A stretch of 52,479 nt of DNA from a bacterium (lineage in GTDB: Bacteria; JAMOTN01): positions 1-52,479 of the forward strand of contig JAMOTN010000014.1 in NCBI GenBank assembly GCA_027062325.1, in the 5' to 3' direction. Made by a program: the position numbers and the translations under genes. The notes under the pieces are model-generated. The model did not search any database and was not told the DNA's origin. It saw only the letters and a list, made by a program, of their open reading frames with translations. Positions 8,384 through 16,965 of the stretch are shown here, in pieces; position 1 is the first letter of the stretch, and each line of letters begins with the position of its first letter.

Positions 8384-9325
8384 ATGGCTGTAAACATGAA
8401 AGGAAGAGATTTCTTAAGCATCATGGACATAACTCTTGAGGAGATGGAGGCAATATTTGACTTGACAAGGCGTCTGAAACAGGAGCGTCTTGCAGGAATA
8501 AGGCACGATCACATTTTAGCAGGTAGAAAGTTGGCGATGATTTTTGAGAAGCCATCTACCAGAACGCGCGTATCGTTTGAAGTTGGAGCATATGAGCTGG
8601 GGATGTATCCGTTATACCTTTCTGCACGCGACTTGCAACTTGGAAGGGGTGAAACAATTGGAGACACCGCTCGTGTTCTTGAAAGATACGTTGACGGAAT
8701 AATGGCCCGTGTTTTCGAACATGAGAAGCTTGTAGAACTAGCAAACAACGCAGAAATTCCAGTCATAAATGGGCTTTCTGACACTTTCCATCCATGCCAA
8801 ATAATGGCGGATCTTTACACAGTCTTGGAGAAGAAAGGACGTCTTACAGGCCTTAATATGGTATTTGTTGGAGACGGTGCAAACAATATAGCGCACTCTC
8901 TGCTTGTTGGATGCACAAAGGTTGGAATGAATATAACAATTGCAACTCCTGAAGGCTATGACCCCGATGCAAAAATAGTTGAGTATGCTAAAGGACAAGC
9001 TGCTCGTATGCACTGTGAAGTAAAAATTGCACGCGATCCTTATGAAGCAGTGAAAGATGCAGACGTTATTTATACTGATGTATGGGTAAGCATGGGAGAT
9101 GAAGCAGAAGCAGAAAAGAGAAAGAGAGACTTCGCAAACTACCAAGTGAACACAAAGCTGCTTTCCGAAGCAAAAGAGGATGTAATTGTTCTTCATTGTC
9201 TTCCTGCACATCGCGGAGAAGAGATAACCGATGAAGTCATGGATGGTCCACATTCTGTGGTATTTGATGAAGCAGAGAATAGATTACACGTTCAAAAAGC
9301 AATAATGGCAATGCTTATAAGATAG
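8384..9325 (+). CDS. argF: Ornithine carbamoyltransferase (ArgF/ArcB; catabolic by context)
   Basis: FEKPSTRTR, HPCQ, DVWVSMG, HCLP, FDEAENRLH. Confidence 0.96.
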   Translation: MAVNMKGRDFLSIMDITLEEMEAIFDLTRRLKQERLAGIRHDHILAGRKLAMIFEKPSTRTRVSFEVGAYELGMYPLYLSARDLQLGRGETIGDTARVLERYVDGIMARVFEHEKLVELANNAEIPVINGLSDTFHPCQIMADLYTVLEKKGRLTGLNMVFVGDGANNIAHSLLVGCTKVGMNITIATPEGYDPDAKIVEYAKGQAARMHCEVKIARDPYEAVKDADVIYTDVWVSMGDEAEAEKRKRDFANYQVNTKLLSEAKEDVIVLHCLPAHRGEEITDEVMDGPHSVVFDEAENRLHVQKAIMAMLIR

Positions 9326-9367
9326 CTAACTATCTGCAATTAATAAAAATAAAAAGGGGGGAGGCTT

Positions 9368-10366
9368 ATGAAAGTTGTATTTAAAAATTTTGTAAGAAGG
9401 GTGTGCCTTCCCCCCATTTTCTTCATTTTCATCATCGCTTTCACATTTATTTTTCTGGAAATTCCAGTGCACGCTTCAACTCTATTTGATAAAGCTCAAA
9501 AATTTGAAGAAGCCGGTAATTTACAGCAAGCGCTCAAGTACTACTTGATGGATGCAGATGCAACTAGAAATTTGGAGGCTGCAAAAAGAGCTGCTGTTTT
9601 GCTTCACAAATTTGGGCGTGATAACGAGGCAATAGCTCTAGCAAGGAAGTTTTCCACTGCCCGCGACACTCTTGAAGAGACAGCTATTGCTGAAAATAAT
9701 CTTACCTTCCTAAAGAAGCTTGATAACACGATTGGTTTATCAGAAGCTGGTCGTCAAGCTCTTAAGCAGCTTGAAATTGAGGAAGAGCACAGGGAAGTGA
9801 TAAAAAATTTAAAGGGTGTTGAGAAACTTTGGCGAAAACGCAACTTTCTCGACACAATTGCAATTCTAACTAAAGAAGCAAAAAACGCAAAGTTTGAAAA
9901 TAACTCTGAGATTCTGCACGAAGCTCTAGTGGTTAACTTCGTGCTTCTGAACTTCTGGGATAACGTTTTAAATGAAAAGGAAAACGTAAGAGACGAAAAT
10001 TTCTTGAAGATGCTAGATATGGTACAAGAGCTATACGATGGGCATAGTAAATTTCAACCTAAAAAATTCTTTGAACTCGCTGAGAAGCTCGAGTGGTCGA
10101 TGCCTGTGAGGTGGCTTACCAACTATGTAATTAAGCTATTGTTCAGCAAAGGAGATCTAGATAATCTCATCGAACTCTTGAATGCATCTCTTAAAACTTC
10201 CTACACACCTATTCTTCAAAAGAGCCTTTTAAACCTTGCAATTCTTTATCACAAATTAGGGGATGATGCAAAAGCTGCTCAGTATTTCTACCAGATTACA
10301 CCTGAACTGCTGCCAGAAGATAGCATCGCTGTTTACAATAAGATGAAAAAGATGTTTCCACAGTAG
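9368..10366 (+). CDS. Exported helical (TPR-like) hypothetical protein
   Basis: 332 aa; signal peptide ending VHA; TPR-like segments (LLNLAILYHKLGDDAKAAQYF). Confidence 0.7.
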   Translation: MKVVFKNFVRRVCLPPIFFIFIIAFTFIFLEIPVHASTLFDKAQKFEEAGNLQQALKYYLMDADATRNLEAAKRAAVLLHKFGRDNEAIALARKFSTARDTLEETAIAENNLTFLKKLDNTIGLSEAGRQALKQLEIEEEHREVIKNLKGVEKLWRKRNFLDTIAILTKEAKNAKFENNSEILHEALVVNFVLLNFWDNVLNEKENVRDENFLKMLDMVQELYDGHSKFQPKKFFELAEKLEWSMPVRWLTNYVIKLLFSKGDLDNLIELLNASLKTSYTPILQKSLLNLAILYHKLGDDAKAAQYFYQITPELLPEDSIAVYNKMKKMFPQ

Positions 10367-10461
10367 GCATAAGTAGCGTCACATTTCATACAATCACCCC
10401 CTCTATAGACAATGAGGCAACATAAAGCCTGTGCAAACTCAAACCGGGGGGGGTGATTATT

Positions 10462-10566
10462 ATGAGCTTCATCACAGCCATTATTGTTGAGTTGCTCGAA
10501 ATCTCCATTGGCTTACTTGGAATAGTTATAAGAATCCTTACACTCATAATTTCAATGCTGGTTTAA
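10462..10566 (+). CDS. 34-aa hydrophobic small protein (candidate membrane peptide or type I toxin)
   Basis: MSFITAIIVELLEISIGLLGIVIRILTLIISMLV*; SD GGGGGTGAT upstream; below the ORF-track cutoff. Confidence 0.6.
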   Translation: MSFITAIIVELLEISIGLLGIVIRILTLIISMLV

Positions 10567-10604
10567 TAACAAAGTTATAACTAGCTGAAAAATTCAACAC
10601 AAAC

Positions 10605-10646
10605 AAAAAGCCTGCTGCAGAAGCTTTCTTGCCCCCACAGCAGGCT
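10605..10646 (-). terminator. Intrinsic terminator of the pilin gene
   Basis: AGCCTGCTG (10609-17) and CAGCAGGCT (10638-46) with a U-rich tract on the minus strand. Confidence 0.65.
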
Positions 10647-10688
10647 GGATAAAGTAGTAAGCTACAATTCACATTTAAGCTTTAAAGA

Positions 10689-11243
10689 TTACTGTATAGT
10701 GTCCCATATACTTCTAAGAGTAGCTCCGCCAACCAATTGTGCTCTTATTCCACCATCTCTTCCTTCGGTATCAGTAGCATAATTATTAGTATTCCAACCC
10801 AAATCGAATTTTATCTTATCATCTTCACTCCAGCTTGCTTTTGCAACTAACATGACAAAGTATTTAGTTGCTCCACTCTTTGTTGGAAACTTGACAGCCT
10901 CCGGAGTAAGGTATCCCTTCCTGACAAGAACCTTCAAGAAAGCAGTATCCGAAGAATTCCAAGCACCAGGTTTAACCTCTTCAGAAGAACCACTGTAATC
11001 TCCATCACTATTCCAATCCACTTTCCAATCAGTTGTTCCATTTGTCTCACAAGGATACTTCCACTCAACCAATCTTACTGCTGTCATAATCATACCGTAG
11101 TTTGAAGCAAATGTAGAAAATCTTGCATCCTCAATTGCACTCTGCCCTTTACTGAAAATGTTTGGAGCAACAACTGCTACCAACACCACCAAAATAGCGA
11201 TAACAAGCAACAATTCAAGAAGTGTAAAACCTCTCCTCCTCAT
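10689..11243 (-). CDS. Type IV pilin/pseudopilin
   Basis: MRRRG/FTLLELLLVIAILVVL class III signal; SD GGAGGT; monocistronic. Confidence 0.88.
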   Translation of the reverse strand: MRRRGFTLLELLLVIAILVVLVAVVAPNIFSKGQSAIEDARFSTFASNYGMIMTAVRLVEWKYPCETNGTTDWKVDWNSDGDYSGSSEEVKPGAWNSSDTAFLKVLVRKGYLTPEAVKFPTKSGATKYFVMLVAKASWSEDDKIKFDLGWNTNNYATDTEGRDGGIRAQLVGGATLRSIWDTIQ

Positions 11244-11485
11244 ACAACACACCTCCATTCTGGATTTTAATTTATTTTCCTCCCATTAATTCTTCAAATC
11301 AATTATTTAATTAGCTTACCTACCTTATTTTTTATTATAACACAATAAAAACCTGCCACCTTCCAAAACATTTTAATTCAGCACTCCTTAGATGCAGCAC
11401 CCCAAACGTTGTAATAAATCGCCAAGTATTGTAAAATAGATAACACAGATTGCGGCATTAAACAATAATCAAAGGAGTGATAGAG

Positions 11486-11677
11486 ATGGCACGTGTATGC
11501 GAAATCTGTGGTAAGAAGCCGGGCTACGGTTACAAAGTTTCTCACTCCAACAAGCACTCTAAAAGACGTTGGATCCCAAATTTACAGCGTGTCAAAGCTA
11601 TTGTGGATGGCAAAGTGAAGAGAATCCGTGTCTGCACCAAATGTTTAAAAGCCGGAAAGGTAAAAAGGGCAGTCTAA
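11486..11677 (+). CDS. rpmB: 50S ribosomal protein L28 (Cys/Zn-binding type)
   Basis: [10 protein letters not shown]...[17 protein letters not shown]...VCTKCLK. Confidence 0.96.
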   Translation: MARVCEICGKKPGYGYKVSHSNKHSKRRWIPNLQRVKAIVDGKVKRIRVCTKCLKAGKVKRAV

Positions 11678-11730
11678 AATGCACGTAGGGGTTCACAAAT
11701 TTTTTTATTTGTTCTTTGTTTTTTAATCAG

Positions 11731-11760
11731 AGGGGCACTTCAAAGGTGTCCCTTTTTTTT
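11731..11760 (+). terminator. Intrinsic terminator after rpmB
   Basis: AGGGGCACTT-caa-AGGTGTCCCT plus T tract. Confidence 0.75.
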
Positions 11761-11775
11761 GTTGAGGTGATTACT

Positions 11776-12672
11776 ATGAAAGGTAAAGTTGCTAAATTTT
11801 TACGGGAACTCACAGTTGGCCTTGTCGCTGTTTTACTTTTATCATCATCTTCTTTGGCTTTCGAAGTAGAGTTTCCTCAACCTAACATTGTAATCACAGA
11901 CTATCCATTCAAGTTCAAAATCAAGATGAATGATAATGATGTGCCACTCACCGTGAAGATCTACGATAGCAAAGGAAAAATTTTATTCTCAGAAACAGAA
12001 ACCTTCTCTTTTGTCGAGATGCCAATAGGCAACCTTTCCTACCACAAAGACAAATTAATTCTTCACATCACAAATAGGAACGGAAAATCCACTAAAATTC
12101 CTTTCTACTTTCATCCGGATGCCGTAATAAACGCAGACTTAAAAGAAAGATGTGCAACTACCAAAGAAGCATTGAATATAGCTGTTATCAACACAAAAAA
12201 AGCGTATCTAATCACAGAAAATCAGGTTACCTCTTTTAAAGATAAAATTTCCCTACCTCTCAAAATCGGTGTAAACAGAGTTAGCGTAGTAGCATTTGGT
12301 AAAAACGGAAAAGTCAAAACGACGCTTTTCACAATAGTGCGTCTCACTCCTGAAATGATTAAGAAAGCAGGCAATATAAAACGCGGTGCTGTTGAAAACC
12401 TCATAAAAGCTAGGGTGGGAGAGATAATAGTACTTCCTACTTTTACATCGCGCAGCATGTTCCCAGGCTTTATAAGATTTAAAGAGGAGGAAGCACGCGC
12501 AAACTTCGCAGTATTTGAATATCTACCTTTAGACTACACTTATTGCCACGTGTTGATTCCCCAAAAAAGAGGCACCTATACCGTGCAAATATGGGCAAAA
12601 GTGGCAAACCCGTTCTTTGAAACCCGCGGCAAAGACTCTCTTCTTGCTACCGTAAAAATTACAGTTGAGTAG
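11776..12672 (+). CDS. Exported beta-rich hypothetical protein
   Basis: SD GAGGTGA before ATG 11776; signal peptide ending SLA; Ig-like strands (LKIGVNRVSVVAF). Confidence 0.7.
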   Translation: MKGKVAKFLRELTVGLVAVLLLSSSSLAFEVEFPQPNIVITDYPFKFKIKMNDNDVPLTVKIYDSKGKILFSETETFSFVEMPIGNLSYHKDKLILHITNRNGKSTKIPFYFHPDAVINADLKERCATTKEALNIAVINTKKAYLITENQVTSFKDKISLPLKIGVNRVSVVAFGKNGKVKTTLFTIVRLTPEMIKKAGNIKRGAVENLIKARVGEIIVLPTFTSRSMFPGFIRFKEEEARANFAVFEYLPLDYTYCHVLIPQKRGTYTVQIWAKVANPFFETRGKDSLLATVKITVE

Positions 12673-12724
12673 TCACACTCGCACAAAACCGGTTAACATC
12701 AATTCAAAGAAAGGGGGAAAAATC

Positions 12725-13504
12725 ATGTTTACTCCCCTTGCAAAATCGCTAACTAAAGTCTCGCAGGTATGGGTATCAACTTACGATGCATTAACTGCTA
12801 GAATTTGCGAAGAGGCAGGAGTTGACGTAATTCTAGTTGGAGATTCAGTAGCAAATGTATATCTTGGCTTTAGCTCTACCGTTCAGATTTCACTCGAGGC
12901 AATGAAGATATTTACAGGAGCTGTATCTCGTTCTGTATCCATTCCTGTGGTGGCAGACATTCCGTTTGAGAGCACACACTCTCTCGATTCAATAAAACGC
13001 GCAGCAGTGGGACTCATTAAAGAGGGAGCTAGCGCTGTAAAACTTGAAATTCCATCAAAAGAAGCTGTCGATTGGATAATGTCCGTGGCAGAACTTGGCA
13101 TCGAAGTCGTAGCTCACATTGGACTTACTCCCCAAACCTTTATGAAAATCGGAGGCTATAAGAAGCGTGGCAAAGAAAAAAGCGATGCACAGTATCTAAT
13201 TAAACTTGCAAAGCTTTGTGAAAATGCCGGGGCAAGCTGCCTTGTATTGGAAATGGTCAAGCCAGAAGTTGCCGGCGAAATCACTGAATCCCTTTCTATT
13301 CCAACAATAGGCATAGGCAGTGGCTCAAATACCACAGGACAGGTGTTGGTCTTTGCAGACTTAGTGGGTTTAAATCCTGATGCACCACCTTTCGTAAAAA
13401 AATTTGCTAATTGCTATCAGGAAGCTCTTTCAGGCTGTAAAGCATTTGTGGAAACTGTGAAGGAAGGTAAGGGAGAAGCAAAAGTAACTAAAATAGCCGA
13501 TTAA
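12725..13504 (+). CDS. panB: 3-methyl-2-oxobutanoate hydroxymethyltransferase
   Basis: TYDA, DVILVGDS, VVADIPF, AVKLE, HIGLTPQ, IPTIGIGSG, GQVLV. Confidence 0.93.
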   Translation: MFTPLAKSLTKVSQVWVSTYDALTARICEEAGVDVILVGDSVANVYLGFSSTVQISLEAMKIFTGAVSRSVSIPVVADIPFESTHSLDSIKRAAVGLIKEGASAVKLEIPSKEAVDWIMSVAELGIEVVAHIGLTPQTFMKIGGYKKRGKEKSDAQYLIKLAKLCENAGASCLVLEMVKPEVAGEITESLSIPTIGIGSGSNTTGQVLVFADLVGLNPDAPPFVKKFANCYQEALSGCKAFVETVKEGKGEAKVTKIAD

Positions 13505-13587
13505 ATTATTGGTATAATAAGGTAGGTAATTTGTTAAATTCAAGGAGGGGTGACCTTCTTTTACACGTTTAGTGTGAGGGGTTAGGT

Positions 13588-15000
13588 ATGAAAATATCAA
13601 AAGTTTTACTTCTTTTTATCACAGTGGCAGCTGCACTATTTTTATCAGCATGTGCTGGAGGGGACGAAAATACTGGCGTAATAATAAACGGAGTTTCTGC
13701 TGCTGAAACTTCCCAAGAGGTTGGACTTGAAGTAACATTTACCGTTGATTTCACAGAGATAAATACCAAAGTTGCTAAAGTAGTATGGGATTTTGATGAT
13801 GGAGCAACAGCAGAAGGAACGACTGTCTCACATACCTTCTGTGCAGGAACTTTTTTTCCAAAAGTATTCGTTTACGACGAAGATGGGCGTGTTTACTTTG
13901 CCAACGCGAAGAGTGTGAAAGTTCCAGCAAAGCTTCTCCTACTAGTTTATATGGGAGCAGACACATCAAATATGACTCCACAAGTTCCAAAAGACTTAGC
14001 TGAGATGGAAAACGCAGATCCTTTTCCAAAAGATGTGGCTGTAGTTTGCTTTGTGGACACAATTCAAACAGACGGAGTGCGATACTATCAAGTTCTTCCA
14101 AAATACTTAAAGACTCTGCAGACTTTGCCTGAGCAAAACAGCGGATCCATATTAACTTTCAAAAACTTTCTCGAGTGGGCAAAGCAGAATTTTTCGTTTG
14201 AACGTGTCATGATCGTTTTATGGGATCATGGAACCGGTTGGTATCCCTACACACGTTCCTCTCCATTCACAAGAGCAATTGTATTTGACGACTATTCTCA
14301 CAGTGCACTCGAGTTATCTGAAGTTGCAGAAGCAATTTCAGATGTATTCACTAAAGTTGATGTCCTTGGATTTGACGCATGTCTAATGGGCTTGATAGAA
14401 ACAGGCAGTGTCTTTAAAAGTGTCGCCTCATATGTAGTAGCAAGTGAGCTTGAAGAGCCCCTTACCGGATGGAATTATGAACTGTTCTTAGAAAAGATCG
14501 CCAACCTTGAAAAGAGTGCTTATCAGGTAGCAAAAGCAGCAGTTGATGCTTACAAAGAAACTTACTCTACATACACTCTTATGGACTGTTCCTTAGCAGT
14601 CTATGATATGTCTTACTGGGCTAATTTGGAACACCAAGTTTCAAATTGGGCTTCAAAGTTAGCTCAGCTTTATTCTGATGATTTTGACAATCGTGTAATG
14701 AATCCCTTCTCAGAAGATTCTCCAACCTACAACGTTAGTGTTAGCTCTCCATCGCTTTACTACTTTGATCTTGAGGGACTGGCTCGCATATGGGTTGACG
14801 CCACAAATACAGCAGGGGCAACTTCCCCCGACATCACTAATGCCGTTCCTTACAGGTGGACATCCGATACTCATAACTGGTGCGGAGTTGGAATAACCGT
14901 TCCTGCAACAGATGAAGTAACAACATGGTGCACATATTTTGAAGATGTCATGCCGGGTTGGGCCTCTTTGATAAAGAGAATAAGGGGAATAACAGAGTAG
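13588..15000 (+). CDS. Clostripain-family (C11) cysteine peptidase lipoprotein with a PKD domain
   Basis: Lipobox LSA-C; PKD motif WDFDDG...SHTF; C11 motifs LVYMGAD, WDHGTGW (His), GFDACLMG (Cys), VASE. Confidence 0.88.
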   Translation: MKISKVLLLFITVAAALFLSACAGGDENTGVIINGVSAAETSQEVGLEVTFTVDFTEINTKVAKVVWDFDDGATAEGTTVSHTFCAGTFFPKVFVYDEDGRVYFANAKSVKVPAKLLLLVYMGADTSNMTPQVPKDLAEMENADPFPKDVAVVCFVDTIQTDGVRYYQVLPKYLKTLQTLPEQNSGSILTFKNFLEWAKQNFSFERVMIVLWDHGTGWYPYTRSSPFTRAIVFDDYSHSALELSEVAEAISDVFTKVDVLGFDACLMGLIETGSVFKSVASYVVASELEEPLTGWNYELFLEKIANLEKSAYQVAKAAVDAYKETYSTYTLMDCSLAVYDMSYWANLEHQVSNWASKLAQLYSDDFDNRVMNPFSEDSPTYNVSVSSPSLYYFDLEGLARIWVDATNTAGATSPDITNAVPYRWTSDTHNWCGVGITVPATDEVTTWCTYFEDVMPGWASLIKRIRGITE

Positions 15001-15057
15001 TATTTTTGTCTCCCTAAACATATACAATGACACTAAAAGTAAAAGGAGGTTTTCAAA

Positions 15058-16965
15058 ATGCCCGAATTACTAGAAGTAAAAAAGGGCACTCACCTTTTTA
15101 AGCTTTGGGAAGAAAACTTCAAAGATAAGGAGATCGTTGCCTTTAAAACAGAAGACGGTAAATTGTTTGATATTCGTGATACAGTTGAAGAGGACTTGAA
15201 ACTTATTCCTGTAAAACTTTCTTCTCCTGAAGGAATAGAGATAATGAGACACACAACTGCTCATATCCTTGCTCAAGCTGTCAAGAGATTACTAGGAAAT
15301 GACACAAAATTGGGAATAGGTCCTGTTATCGAAAACGGTTTTTACTACGATATAGACTGCACGTTGTCCGAAGAAGAACTTGACAAAGTTGAAGCCGAGA
15401 TGAACAGGATAATTGAGGAAAACATACCAATAGAAAAAAAGTGGCTTTCTCGCGATGAAGCAATAGAGTTGTTTGCTTCTCTTGGAGAAACTTACAAAAT
15501 AGAGCTTATAAAAGAAATTGAAGAGCCAATAGTAACCATTTACACACAGGCGGAATTCACAGATCTGTGTCGTGGTCCCCATCTTCCCTCAACTGGATGG
15601 ATCAAAGCTTTCAAGCTTACGAGCATAGCTGGAGCTTACTGGCGCGGAGTCGAAACAAACCCAATGCTCACAAGAATTTATGGAGTTGCATTCTACGACA
15701 AAAAGCAACTCAAAAAGTACTTGAAGATGCTGGAAGAAGCCAAAAAGCGCGATCATAGAAACTTAAATCGAGCTCTGGACCTCTATTTAACTTCTCCAGA
15801 AGTCGGAGCTGGTTTAATAATTTGGAAACCAAATGGTGCAACTGTCCGCCTCCTAATAGAGGAGATAGAGAGAAAAGCACATCTAAAACGTGGTTACAAA
15901 CCCATAATATCTCCACATCTTATGAAGGAGACTCTTTGGCATACCTCAGGACACATCGAATACTACCGTGAAAACATGTATTTCACTGAAATTGAAGGTG
16001 CAAAGTACGCAGTTAAGCCGATGAACTGCCCGGCACACATACTTGTCTATAAATCTCACATACGCTCCTACAGAAATCTTCCAATCCGCTACTTTGAGCA
16101 CGGAACAGTTTACAGATATGAAAGGAGTGGTACAATTCACGGCTTAACGCGTGTAAGAGGCTTTACTCAAGATGACGCACACATATTTTGCACCGAAGAA
16201 CAGTTAAAAGATGAAATAATAGGTGTATTTGATCTAATAAAGCGCTTTTTAAAACTGTTTGAATTTGATTACTCTGTTGAATTGAGCACTCGTCCAGAAA
16301 AGTACATCGGAACAAAAGAAGTATGGGACAGAGCCGAATCTATTTTAAAAGAAGCATTGGAGGAAGCTGGATTAGAATATGAAGTTGCAGAGGGGGAGGG
16401 TGCTTTTTACGGTCCAAAAATCGACTTCCACCTGCACGATGCTCTTGGAAGAAAATGGCAAGGCCCAACCATTCAGGTTGACTTCAACCTAGCAGAGCGC
16501 TTTGACCTCACATACATAGCTCCTGATGGATCAAAGAAGCGTCCTGTCATGGTACACAGAACCGTTTTGGGAAGTATGGAGCGCTTCATAGGTGTTCTGA
16601 CGGAGCACTGGGCTGGCTGGTTTCCCGTATGGCTTGCTCCTATTCAAGCAGTAATCATACCTATCACTGAAAACGAAGTGGAATATGCTCAAAAAATTGA
16701 GTCGGAACTTCTTTCACACGATATGCGTGTGTTTGTAGATGACTCAGAAAACACGATGAATTACAAAATTAAAGCTGCAACAAAAGCCAAGATTCCCGTG
16801 TCAATAATAATAGGAGCCAAAGAACGAGAAGCTGGCAAGATATCTATCCGCTGGCATGACGGCAAGAGAGAGAATATGATAGAGGTTGAAGAATTCATTA
16901 AAGCAAACCACAAAACTGTAGATGAAATAGTAACGATGATTCTCTCCGATGAGTGGATCAAGTGA
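15058..16965 (+). CDS. thrS: Threonine--tRNA ligase
   Basis: RHTTAH, DLCRGPH, KPMNCPAH, RVRGFTQDDAHIF, GAFYGPKID. Confidence 0.98.
   Translation: MPELLEVKKGTHLFKLWEENFKDKEIVAFKTEDGKLFDIRDTVEEDLKLIPVKLSSPEGIEIMRHTTAHILAQAVKRLLGNDTKLGIGPVIENGFYYDIDCTLSEEELDKVEAEMNRIIEENIPIEKKWLSRDEAIELFASLGETYKIELIKEIEEPIVTIYTQAEFTDLCRGPHLPSTGWIKAFKLTSIAGAYWRGVETNPMLTRIYGVAFYDKKQLKKYLKMLEEAKKRDHRNLNRALDLYLTSPEVGAGLIIWKPNGATVRLLIEEIERKAHLKRGYKPIISPHLMKETLWHTSGHIEYYRENMYFTEIEGAKYAVKPMNCPAHILVYKSHIRSYRNLPIRYFEHGTVYRYERSGTIHGLTRVRGFTQDDAHIFCTEEQLKDEIIGVFDLIKRFLKLFEFDYSVELSTRPEKYIGTKEVWDRAESILKEALEEAGLEYEVAEGEGAFYGPKIDFHLHDALGRKWQGPTIQVDFNLAERFDLTYIAPDGSKKRPVMVHRTVLGSMERFIGVLTEHWAGWFPVWLAPIQAVIIPITENEVEYAQKIESELLSHDMRVFVDDSENTMNYKIKAATKAKIPVSIIIGAKEREAGKISIRWHDGKRENMIEVEEFIKANHKTVDEIVTMILSDEWIK

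Noticed and set aside
10333-10389. Minus-strand 18-aa ORF MKCDATYAYCGNIFFILL with a good SD
   Set aside because: Its SD and ATG are the mirror of the anti-SD arm, and it overlaps the 3' end of the 9368-10366 gene. Probably a by-product, though not excluded.
15001-15057. T-box or translational operator before thrS
   Set aside because: Only 57 nt, with no T-box motif or convincing stem.
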